DNA of 64,000 bases from Bugula neritina (taxonomy: Eukaryota > Animalia > Bryozoa): assembly GCA_964035545.1 (NCBI GenBank), contig OZ037771.1, positions 13,453,133 through 13,517,132 of the forward strand, written 5' to 3'. Shown piece by piece: positions 1 through 11,861 of the stretch (position 1 is the first letter of the stretch; every line of letters begins with the position of its first letter). The position numbers were made by a program, and so were the translations under genes. The notes under the pieces are model-generated. The model had not been told where the DNA came from and ran no database searches. It was given only the letters and a program-made list of their open reading frames with translations.

Positions 1-884
1 ACAGTTATGCAATTATATTCCATGTATAAGCATCAATAATAAGTTATTTACATGCAGTAATAAATCATTTAGAGACTGTAATAGTAAGTAATCCACATGC
101 AATAATAGTAAGTCATTCACATACAAAAAAACTGCTAATTTTATATATATACATCGATAAACCATGTTTATATATACATTCAATATTGATAGACCATAGG
201 AATGGTTTCACTGATATTTCATTATATGAGCTAAACGCAATCAGTTATAAACACATGTGTATTTATTTTGTACTTAAGTATAACAGTGCAGTTGAAGTTC
301 TTATACATTTTATCCCTGGGGTATAATGCCCCTCAGTGGCAACCTGGTATAATATTATGATGAATATGTTTTATTGAGTACTGAACATGTTAGTTGAGCA
401 GTATAAAGTGAAAGTGAAATCAGTGTACGCATAAAACATTAGCTGCTTATCTGCAAGCTTTTTATAGCTTTCTCTCTGAAAGCTTTTTATAGCTTTTCCT
501 CTGAAAGCTTGTATAGTAACAATGCTTTAATACAACACCTGGTACATAATAATATTTAGCACATAATCTAAAGCTTTCTACACAACTTATAATAGCAGTG
601 TAGTTTAGTTATTCTTGAGTAGAATAAACTTGACTGATTTAACAAATATGCCACCCAACTTATTTTGTCTCATAGTATATATTTTTCAAATATTTAGGCT
701 ACTTGCTTAAGGCAAAAAGTTGATGAAAACCACATACTTTTACCTTTTGGAGGTAGTATTAGTGGTCACCAAAGTGTAATAACTTTTTTAAAAAATCCAG
801 CAGTGGTTTTAAATGTAATATTTTAGCAATGTTCTGCTAAATAATTTTATTTCTAACGCATAGATTTACACTCTTTGCTCCTTA

Positions 885-998
885 CATATTACAGTTAGAC
901 ACACATATCTACACTCTTAGTATATTACAGTTAGACACACATATCTACACTCTTTGATCTCTGTATATTACAGTTGGACACACATATCTACACTCTTT
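885..998 (+). repeat. Three tandem copies of the CNG splice acceptor plus exon start (tattacAG|tt(a/g)gacacacatatctacactctt)
   Basis: CAG at 892-894, 928-930 and 971-973, each followed by the same ~24 nt; only the third continues in the channel frame. Confidence 0.9.
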
Positions 999-3900
999 GT
1001 ACTGGAGTGTGTTGTCTCTGTCTACAATATCTCACTTACCTCACCCCAGACGACCTCTGGAGTACGTCTACAACATCACCACCATGATCGCTGCCCTGCT
1101 CCTATTCGCTGCCATTATGGGCATGGTGGCCCATATTGTCAGCAGCATGCATTTCGCCAGAAAGGAGTTTCAAGGTACTTAGTTACATGAGGAGTATACA
1201 GTTTATTAATTCATTTTTTATAGAAATTTTACAAGATATTTGATAAATTTCTTATGTAAACCATATATTGTTTATATAAGCTATTTCCGATTTTCACACT
1301 TGTTGTACGAACTACTGTATTAACTGTTTCGTAGTGTATTAGACATTTCATTAGTTATGATGCAATTATAATTCAGTTCTCTAACTAGAGTAGTGTATGT
1401 TGACATTATTTAAGCAAAGATACTAAAAATAATATTTTATAAAAACGTGTCTTTTTTTAATTTAAAGTAACATACTATTTATAACTTGTCCAACGCACAC
1501 TTCTACTTGAGCTAATGAGATTTCACCACTACCAGCCTAATAGTATAGTTGCAGCACGCTTATACCTCCTTGTAAACCACTGTAACCTTTTATGACGCAC
1601 ATTTCGAGAGCGTGGGAGGGCTACTGGTTTAATCACGTGACAATGGCCACTACTCTAGTCATTCACTGTTTACTATTGATTGTAGAAAAGTTATTCCAGA
1701 TATTAGGTGTGTTTGCTTGTATAATTTAGCAGCACGTTTATGTACCTACATGCATGTACTTACATATATGTACAATATTACATTGTAAAAGTAGAAACAG
1801 AGCAGATAGTAGCTAGTATCAGATTTATAGATAGATTGCAGACAATAATATCTGTTTCAGCTCGGCTAGATGATATTAAGACGTACATGGCGCAGAGCAA
1901 CGTACCCCGAGATCTACAGCAGAGGGTGATCAGGTGGTTTGACTACCTCTGGAAGGTTAGAAACTTAAATCTCAGGCTATTATAAGAGAACGTGTGTTAA
2001 TTTAATATCATTTCTAAATAAACCGCAAAACAATCATACAGGGTGTATAAATGCATCACTAAACAATTTTTTCTAAGACTTAGACTTTAAATAAAACTTA
2101 ATTTTATAACTTTACTCTAAAATAATTTGGTTGCCTCTTCAATATAACAAAGAAGTTCAATGAAACTATTTTGGCGAGAAAAAAGTTAATCTCATGCAGA
2201 CTGAATCCATGATATAGATTGTTTTCTACTCTTTCAGATGAAGAAAAGTGTGAACAAATCCGACACATTTGATTTGCTGCCTGATAGACTGAGGACAGAT
2301 ATTGCAATACACATTCATCTAGATACGCTCAGCAAGGTTAGTTGCAAGGTCAAGGTTAAACTGATTGCATGATCTTTTTCCAAGTCGTGTGAGATAATAT
2401 TGCACTTGTATAGTCAAACCAAGTGAGAAGGAATAAGAGATGTCAACAAGCAGTAAAAGTAGTGACATTTAGTTGACAGGTAGTGACAGTTAGTTGACTA
2501 GTAGCTGACTAGTAGTAACAGGTGCTGACTAATAGTGACAGGTATTGACTAGTAATGACAGATATTGACTAGTAGTGACATGTAGTGGCAGGTGGCGACA
2601 GGTATTTAAAAACCAGCAAAAGAAATGCGTTTTGTTCTTATGTATTATTATAAATACAATTGAGGTAAAATCTAACACCGTGTTACAAAAGCTTTATTCA
2701 AGAATGCTTAGTTCTTATGACATAGAGAATCTTGAAAAATCCACTAAAGGAATATTGATAAGAAATAGTTGCAAGAGTATAACCCAATATATTTTTATAT
2801 CTGCAATTTTTATTTCTGATAGCTTCAATGTTCAACTCCTCGCACTTTTAGGTAGAAATATTTCAGAACACAGAAGCTGGGTTCCTCAAGGAGCTGGTTC
2901 TAAGGCTTGAACCTGTTCTCTTCTCACCAAATGACCTTGTCTGCAGAAAAGGTAGGCTGGAGAAGCAGTTTTCTAACTTATGAAAATGTTTGTGTAGAAG
3001 ACAACTCCTAAACAGCAGCCATGTTTTATTATCCTACTGCAAAATAAACTAAATGTATTTTACGCAGTAAACATTTTTACAAAAAATTAACATTTTAATT
3101 TCTAAATTATTGACTGATGTATTAGGAAAATGTTATTTCTTACTTATATAAGTTCAATTATACTTGTATCTGCAAACGGCATGATAATATTGATAGAAAA
3201 GCATGCATTTTACTTCAAGCTAATGGTGCAGTAGAGAACTTGTGTACATACATGTATGTCTCTACAGGAGAAGTAGGTAAAGAGATGTACATAGTCAAGA
3301 AAGGAGTCTTACACGTAGTGGATGATAACGGGCACGTGCTGGCGACGCTAACACCTGGATGTTACTTTGGTGAGATCTCGATACTCAACATGGGTGCCAT
3401 CGGTAACAGAAGAACGGCGTCAGTGAAATCTGTTGGTTACTCGGATCTGTTTTGTTTAAAGAAAGGTGCTCTGTGGGATGTACTACAGGTATGCATGTAG
3501 ACTGTGGTACAAGTGAGTCATTAAAATTTGATGTCTGTATTTACGTTCAATACTACAATATCTTCTAATATGTAGGACTATCCCAATGCAAGAACTCGGT
3601 TAGAGGCCATTGCAGTGAAACGTCTGCACAGAGAAGATGATGGCAATAAGCAGACGTCTGAGCAGCAGCAGCAGAAGAAGCAGACTGTGAAACCTTTCCT
3701 TTATAACGGCTGTGAGTTCTAATTATTTGCTTGTCTGCTGATAAAGTCTTCCCGTAGTCTAATACTTCACTCAGTTACGTGTGGTCTGACAGCTTGTAGA
3801 TTAACTTGATAGAAAAGAACGTACTGAGACTAAGTGATCGCTTGCATGCAGACTACATGATATCCGAATATTAAAATATCTCCTTCCTTCTGGTATAGGA

Positions 3901-4931
3901 ACTGGAAAAATATCTTAGCTGAAATCTGCAGACACACTCAAATCAGGCGTAAAGTTAACCACTGCAAGTTTAATGAAAAAAACTTTGTATGGTTGTTTAA
4001 TTCTGTAAAGTTATGTCATATTTGAAAATTTTTAGTATGTACATTCATTTGCTATTTGCTATTTGCTATTTGCTATTTGCTATTTGCTATTGCTGAGGCA
4101 AATACTTTTTATTAAACACCCAGTCTATAATTATACATTAGTAGCATCCTTTATCTGAACTTCTCTTTGGCAGAGTTTATACCAATGTCTTTGTATCACA
4201 AATACTAAATACAAAAAGTATATTAAACAGCGAGATAAATCATTCTTAATTATAAGTTAATTGACTCAGATTTAAACAAATTAAGGTTTGACTGAGAAGC
4301 TGCTTAACTGTAAACCTATAAGTACATGTCCCTCAAATAGTAGGTATTTATATTGAATCTCCGTATAAACCAAGTGCCGTGTTGCAGGCAGCCAGTCTTC
4401 ATCACATGACCGTGATGTCATCTCACTCTCGCCAAAACACAAAATCGGCAACTTAACCACAGGAAGTCGCACTGTCGACGCTATGCAAATCCCGGAGGTC
4501 AAGGCCGATCACTCACCTTCACCTTCAAGAAAGTCGTCTTTCCTCACAAGTCGTCTGCACCAGGAGCACCAGCGACGGATGTCTGACAAACAGGGGGTGC
4601 CGTCGGACTTGATAAAGTGAGAGCAAAGTGACATACTAAATATCATATAATATAAGTAGCGTATCACACTGCAGTAAGGTAGCATAGCATAGCATAGCAT
4701 AGCGTAGGAATATAAGATGAATGAGTTTTATTGTGTAATTTAACATTCATTATTGTTATTATTATTTTATTTCATATTGTATTATATTTTTATGCTATAT
4801 CATATTATATTATCTTTAGATCTTCCTCCAACACCTCCTTTCACCATAACAATGAAATGATTTCATCATCCAAAATGTTCAATCGTTTAGCCCTAGAGTC
4901 TGAAAGGCCACAGTTTGAGACGTCTACCTGA
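974..4931 (+). CDS. Cyclic nucleotide-gated (CNG) cation channel subunit, 3' part (pore, S6, C-linker, cNMP-binding domain, tail); 5' exons lie outside the window
   Basis: Phase-compatible GT-AG exons 974-1174, 1861-1955, 2238-2336, 2852-2951, 3268-3488, 3576-3711, 4388-4616, 4820-4931 (an unspliced stop at 4618-4620 is an alternative end). Translation: [134 protein letters not shown]. These are the diagnostic CNG C-linker and CNBD motifs. Confidence 0.95.
2455..2605. repeat. Degenerate intronic minisatellite (tgactagtagtgacaggta-like)
   Basis: Recurrent gtgacaggt/tgactagta units seen directly. Confidence 0.7.
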
Positions 4932-6010
4932 CCCCCCCCCTTTCCATCTCACGTGCTTCATATGCCCTCCTTAGCCAGTGAATAAGAATTCGGCATTTTA
5001 CAAGAATTATCTTTGTGCATGCAACTGTTATCGTGATACTGTTCTATTCACACTCATTCTGTATATTTATCGATAGTCGTTAAAGTAACGTTCCGACTCA
5101 AAGATATTGTGAGTTTTTATATGATATTCTACTTTTAGCTAACTCTCTTTTATAACTTTGTGCTTCTATTAATGTAATGCATGTTTAAGTTAACAAAATG
5201 CACATTACATAATATTGAATTGGGGCTGGGTGGACAGCCTATAACAATGTGGCCTATAACTTATACCTACAATTAGATTTTATCTACAGTGAATATTAAT
5301 CAACTTTAGAAGTTATCAAATCATTGTATTATTTTAAGTCATATTGTGTATTTTGTGTTATATGGCCGATCATGTAATTGTAATCATGCAGTGCAATTCT
5401 ATTTTTCCAGTGACGAGTTTTATTGCCGCTACCAAGTGTAAGATTTTCATATTAACATATTCCGGTTACTTTATATTTTGTCACTATTTAATGTATTGTT
5501 TGCTGTAACTTCTATATTCACATTATAAACAATACTTTTATAACAATAAGTGAAATAAATGGATCACGTTAGTATGAACTGTAAGAGAAAAAGATACCCT
5601 CTCAGTAACTGTGTTAGTAGTTGTATGATGTGTATTAAGGTGGATCCTTTAAACTCTGATTGCTGCAATAAACTTAATATGATTAATTTGAATGAAGTAT
5701 TGATTTGAATCATTTAGACTTGGGTAACATTTTTGACCTGAGTTATAATTTCATTTTTTAAACTAAAATATTTTTTTTCATACCTTGCACTTTTATGATC
5801 CTCTGAAAACTTGAACCTAAAGATAATGCATGGAATAAGTTCTGAGATATATTTGAAATATTGTAATTTTACACATTGTGAGCTTAAAAGGCACTGTAGC
5901 CATCATCTTTTGAAATGTTCTGTGTTGGAGAATGTATTTTTATAGAGTACCAAACACTCTTCTAGATGATCAATAACTATCCAGGTTTCTGATATTACAA
6001 TAGCGTAGGG

Positions 6011-6340
6011 CAGGGGTGTCCAACCTGTTCGGAGAGAGGGCCACTAAAATGGAATATTTTATGGTGAGGGCCACATTGTAAAATTTAGCTTGAGCTGGGA
6101 GCCACAGCATTAGTAATTTCTAAGTTACTTTATTTCCAATTTCTATGAATCATTATGCAATGAAGTCCCAATTGCAGGTTGCATGCCTTTAGTATAAATA
6201 CAAATAAGACATTTAAAAAGTGATTTTACCACTCTAATTCATATGCATGAGCAAAATATTTTATCTGTTGTGCTTTTGAGGGCCACGTAAATGAAAGCTG
6301 GGGGCAACATCCAGCCCTCGGCGCCTGTTGAACAGCTCTG
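6011..6340. mobile_element. hAT-type non-autonomous element (MITE)
   Basis: Ends CAGGGGTGTCCAAC ... GTTGAACAGCTCTG (imperfect TIR), flanked by 8-bp TSD gcgtaggg (6003-6010) / gcgcaggg (6341-6348). Confidence 0.75.
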
Positions 6341-6351
6341 GCGCAGGGTAA

Positions 6352-6739
6352 GCCTAGGGCCACACTGTGCGTATTTTCGCATGCGAACATTTAAACGCAA
6401 GTAGAAAAGGTGTCCACTGTAGCATCAGTGAAATCGAAAAACTACTAGCTAATACTATTTGCGTTTAACTTTACTGCTCGCCTTGTTGCTATGGCTACAA
6501 GTGAAGTTTTCATTTTTAAATCGCACTCGCTTTCAATAACACGAAATTTACTGGAATGTAGCAATAAAATAAAATAATTGGGCTCGCTAAATAACTACCA
6601 GCCAATTAGGCGACGGCGACAGAGACGGTTCACACTCCCGTTCAGAATGCTGAGCGACAAGTGCGAATGTTTTCTCAACGCATACAGTGGACACCTTTGC
6701 TAGTTGTGGTTTAAACTTTCGCACAGTGTGGCCCTAGGC
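6352..6739. mobile_element. PIF/Harbinger-type MITE, family A
   Basis: TIR gcctagggccacactgtgcg / cgcacagtgtggccctaggc with TAA on both sides; a second copy in opposite orientation starts at 56841. Confidence 0.85.
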
Positions 6740-7651
6740 TAACAGAGGCATTAATTTTCAGCCCTCTAGCAACAGAGCAAATGCATAACACCTTTTAGAT
6801 TCCAAAGTTTCAAAGCTAAAGCTTGAAATTGGCTTGTGATTTCTCAAGTTCTATCAGTAATCATAAATGTCAGATCTTTTCTTAACATAAGCATTTAAGA
6901 CTTACAAAATTTAATTGAATATCTAAAAACATTTATAATGTATATACTAAATATGTTATCTGCCCAAATTGCTTCATTTAAAGCTAAATATTAACTAATT
7001 TGTATTACAATATAACATGCATAATTATAGAAGCTCAAGTTTAACATGAGCTACAGAATGCTAAAGTTATCAAATTAACATATTTCTCTCTTATCATGTA
7101 GCCGCACGCATATCTTGTTTTGTTTGCTAGAATAGCACACTGTTAGCTACAAGTTATCAATTTCTAGATCTACCTTTGTTTGACTTTGACTAACTGTTTT
7201 TTCAAATAACAATTTCTTTACAAATTTTATATTTGAACTGAATAAAAAAGTTATTGTATAGAAGCAATGGAAACTGATAGCTGTTGTTGTTTGAATATAA
7301 CGACAGGTTACAGTACTAACACACGACACTGATACAAGTCAATACTAGTACACACTTATTCGTCTGAGGTGTTTTATGTATGTACTTGATAAACTGAATG
7401 CAAATAGTCTAGCGGCTAAAGTTACTTCATCGCATAAAAACATTTTCAATGACAGCAAGCTACACAAACTGGAGCTGGTAAGCTTACAAGCTACCCTACT
7501 AGATGCAGTCATATTTATAGCTATTAAAAATAAAATATATTATAGCGATATATAGTAATTGAAAGTTGTTATACAACCCACATATTGTTTTATTCCTTAG
7601 GAAGTGGTGGTATTTCTATGGTTTCAGCTGAAGTATGAAAATTATATACTA

Positions 7652-7922
7652 TTTAGAGTTGACTATATATTATATCTAGAGTAGAGTACTATATAATATA
7701 TTTAGAGTAGAGTACTATATAATATATTTAGAGTAGAGTACTATATATAATATATACAGAGTAGAGTACTATATAATATATTTAGAGTAGGGTATTATAT
7801 AATATATTTAGAGTAGAGTACTATATAATATATTTAGAGTAGAGTACTATATAATATATTTAGAGTAGAGTACTATATAATATATTTAGAGTAGAGTACT
7901 ATATAATATATTTAGAGTAGAA
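7652..7922. repeat. 26-bp minisatellite (tttagagtagagtactatataatata) x~10
   Basis: Direct tandem copies. Confidence 0.95.
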
Positions 7923-8882
7923 TGATACAATTTAAAGTATGCATGGAGTTGCCCTATAGTTTAACTGTTCAGAGTGGTGTTTTACTTCAAGTTGTAGTAA
8001 AGTTGAACTAGATTCACAGTCGCATTTCACTATATATTTATAATAAATGGAGTTATATTTGTTATTTAGAGTCACCCTATTCGTTATGAAGCTATATCTC
8101 TTTATAGTTTAATGGATACAGTTTGAAAACTGCATTAAAGTCATTGTAATTTGGAGATTAGTTCATTACAATAAGCCACTGTTTTCAACTTACATAAAAG
8201 TAAAAACGAAGACTAATAATTAATGGGATCTTTGTATGTCGATTTAGAAGCAATATTTTGCTGTCACAGCTTATTAAAGAGCAGATATTCCATGTTCTAA
8301 CATTGAGCATATCCTGTGTCTTAGGATGATTGCTGCCGTTATGAATTAAGTGCTGTCATTAAAGTATATGGTGTTGCCTAGCCTGGAATTTTGTTACACT
8401 TTTGAACGGCTGTTCCATCTACAGCTTCTACAAGGTGTTGCTTTAGATGTTCACTAAAAATATCTATTGGACACTAGATAAGCTGAACTAACTAAGTTTC
8501 TGTGGAATTTTAATTAACTTTTTTTTATCAACAGATAAAATGAGATGCGATTATAGAGGTAGACTGCTGATCGATGTGATCGCTGTCATTTGCAACAACA
8601 CCTAATTTTTATACAGTAACCTGAACTCACACTTTATTTGTTATATTAGTATCTTGTTCAATCAGACAATGTTTACTTTAAGCAACTTAACCAGGTAATT
8701 GTAAACAAACACTGTATTGATTAATGAAGTTTCAATGCTGCCTTTGTAATTATAGCGTTTACTATAACAAATTTAGCATAATGCTATCTTTTAGATAGGG
8801 CTAAACATTTCCGACTAAACCTTACTCATATACAGCCTGTTGAAACTGCATGACAGAAACTTGTTGAAAGAACTCCACCAAA

Positions 8883-10395
8883 ATGTTTGGTACTGTGCAG
8901 CAGAAAGCATATATAGTACCGACTACTAGAAGGAAAGCTCATCCCAGCCAGGTAAGAAGCTTAACCTAGGTCATTTCTCTGTGAGAGTTTTGCAACCTCA
9001 TGTGTGTGAATATTTTATGTTTATTTGGTGAAGTATTGCTTGAGTTAACCAACTATAACTAATGTACACAGACTGGTTATTGTTATTCTTATACAATATA
9101 CAGGATATAATTATTATAATTAGAGACTTCCGCTAACTGGTCTATCAAATATATATTTTTAGACTGCAGCCTACATTTTTTCCTGTCATGCTACAATTTA
9201 AACCCAAAAGTGTTTTCAAAATTAATTCCTCAAAACCTTTAGAGTTGCTTTCTCATTTTCTATTTTATATAAATGTTTTACTAATAAATACGGACAGATA
9301 TGAAGTGTAACGCTATATAGGGACGAAAGTAATTATTAATTAAAAAAATGCTTCCATTTTTGAGAAAAATTAAAACTTTTAAATTTGCATTTATTTTTAG
9401 AAATTGTTCGACTCAACCACCTCACTGACAGTTCGACCAATGACAAATAAGAAAAGTGGCAGCAAAAGTGACTGGAAAAACAACTATGGACGCGCATGTT
9501 GGACAGCAGACAACTCTAGATACAGCTCCAGTAACTCACATAACAGCTTTAAGGTAGCTGCTGTTGCCTTGTTGTTGGTATCTTAGTAAATGTTAGCTCT
9601 TAATAAACTCAGAAACATAAATGTTTATGATTACATAGATTGTCCACATAATAATATTACTATAAAATGAACCAAAGTGAATCTTTAGCATAAAGTATGG
9701 ACGTGTTGAAATTAGAATTTAACATTCATGCAGGCTAACATAGTAAGGCTTTGAAAAACAACAGCTAACTTTCAAAATAAGCTTTGAAATTTAAATTTGC
9801 TAGGCAATATGATTCTTTTACTCTTGTGATTTGACTTTGATAACAAAGAATTTGAGAAAACTGTGACATTGTTAAGATATTTTTGTGGCAGTACTATATT
9901 ATAGATGCTAAAGTATTGTAATGGAATAGCGCAAGATATTCTCACAATACAGTGCTGGTATATAATTTTAGTATTATTCGGTCACTATCAACGTATTATT
10001 TCCGTCTCTCCTAAGAAAATCAGTTTGAACATTAATAATTTTCGGAGAAGGCTATGCTGACAAGTGATTTTAATGTCATATTCATAGTGACAGGGTGAAC
10101 TGTAGCCACACTAGATTCCGTACGCAGGCTTTCTTTTTGAGTCACCTAATTAAATAAAGATACCTTTAAATTTCAGGACAGTTATGGCCATGCAGATAAA
10201 TCAGGTGATCAAACCAGACCTAGCCTCAGCTACTCAAGATCCTACACAACTGTTGCACCAAAGAACTCAAGCTACACATTGCCATCCACAGCCAGTCTTC
10301 CAAAAACTGGACAAGTCAAGCTGACATCTTTACATGATGAACTCGCTATGTCAAGGTCACTTCACCCTAGAGCTAAAAGTATGTCATCACTTTGA
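8883..10395 (+). CDS. Uncharacterised Ser/Thr/Lys-rich 146-aa protein, 3 coding exons
   Basis: Exons 8883-8951 (MFGTVQQKAY...HPSQ|gtaag), 9401-9553 (ttttag|KLFDS...NSFK|gtagc), 10177-10395 (tttcag|DSYGH...SMSSL*). All junctions are phase 0 and the frame is open; start context caaaATG. No recognised domain. Confidence 0.65.
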
Positions 10396-11861
10396 ATATA
10401 CTGATGAGTCATTATATGTAAAGATGAATTTCTGATATTATGAAGACATACAGACACACACTCAAGCACATATATAAACATAATTAAAAAATAGCAATAG
10501 ATAGAGTCAATCAATTCAATTTAAACAAAACATTATCCTTAAGTTAAACAAAATTGAAAAATTTATTGCTCATGTGACGTTTTGGTAATGGAAACTACAA
10601 AAAGTTAAAATAATGTATCCAGGCGCTTATTCTTTAGCTGTAGGATCTAACAGAGCCAGACAAAGTAGATTGAGGGAGGCATCTCAGGACACCCTACACA
10701 ATAAATGGAAGCTAGAACCTGGCAGTATTGGAGATATAACTTTAGCTGACTTACATTCTGTAATCAACACAGAGTTTCCTGTAAGTTATGCTCCATATTA
10801 TACAACAATTAGAAATTATAATGCTTAAATAGTTATATAAATTATCAGTAGAAATTATTGAACAGAAGAGTATTGCTTATTTGCTTATAAATGATTATAA
10901 GATCGAGATTAAAAATTTCAAAAGAAAGTATTAGCACTTTGCAAATGCTATAGCTATTTGGCCATGTAATGTTTATTTGGAAAACTAATCCAAGTGTTGA
11001 TAACTATAGATAGATTTAGTTAATGTCACTAGGAGTTATCTGCTTTCTTGTAATGAGCCGTTTCTAGTGTTATCTGTTCCCCAATTATATGTGAACACAC
11101 TATTGAAGTTTAGATGTCGATTTTTATTTTTAAAATATCATAGAGGTCTCATGCAGCCTCATTTACATGTGCAGACAATTCCTATTATATAAATCTAAAT
11201 CTGCAACATGTGAATAAGTTGAGAGTTAAAAAGTAGACAACTCTTGCTATCTTAGAATAAGAGTTATTAAAATTCAGCTCAGATGAGAATGGAATGGGGC
11301 AACTTTATTGAATACAATTCTTTCGTAACTATTTAGTTGGTGTTTAGCTTTGAAAAGAATATCAACAAGTAAGGCAGATGCGTATTATGGAGTTGTCCCA
11401 CCAATAAAACAAATGAATAGACAATTCCCACAAGTAGACAACTTTGTTTAACTTTTATTGCTATTTTTAGACAAATGCACACATTTCAAAGTTATATATA
11501 TATCATGAACATAAACTAAATACGGTTTACTTTACAGTCAAAACTAAACTAGAAAAATAAATAATACTATTGAGCAACATCTTGAATACAAAATACTATG
11601 ACACTTTATAATAATACATTCTTTGTAATAATATAGAATAGATTTTGCGTATTTAAAGGAACATAAACATTGCAAGCTGTATCAAAAGCTTGCTAAAAGG
11701 GGACTAAAAACAAAACAAATATAACCACATTACAAAAATATAGAACATATAGAATATAATCAGTGATGTATGCATCACATGCCAATACAAATAATACATT
11801 TTTATGGAATATCCGATACTATTTACAAAGAATATAAATACATAGCACAACAATGCCTAGT

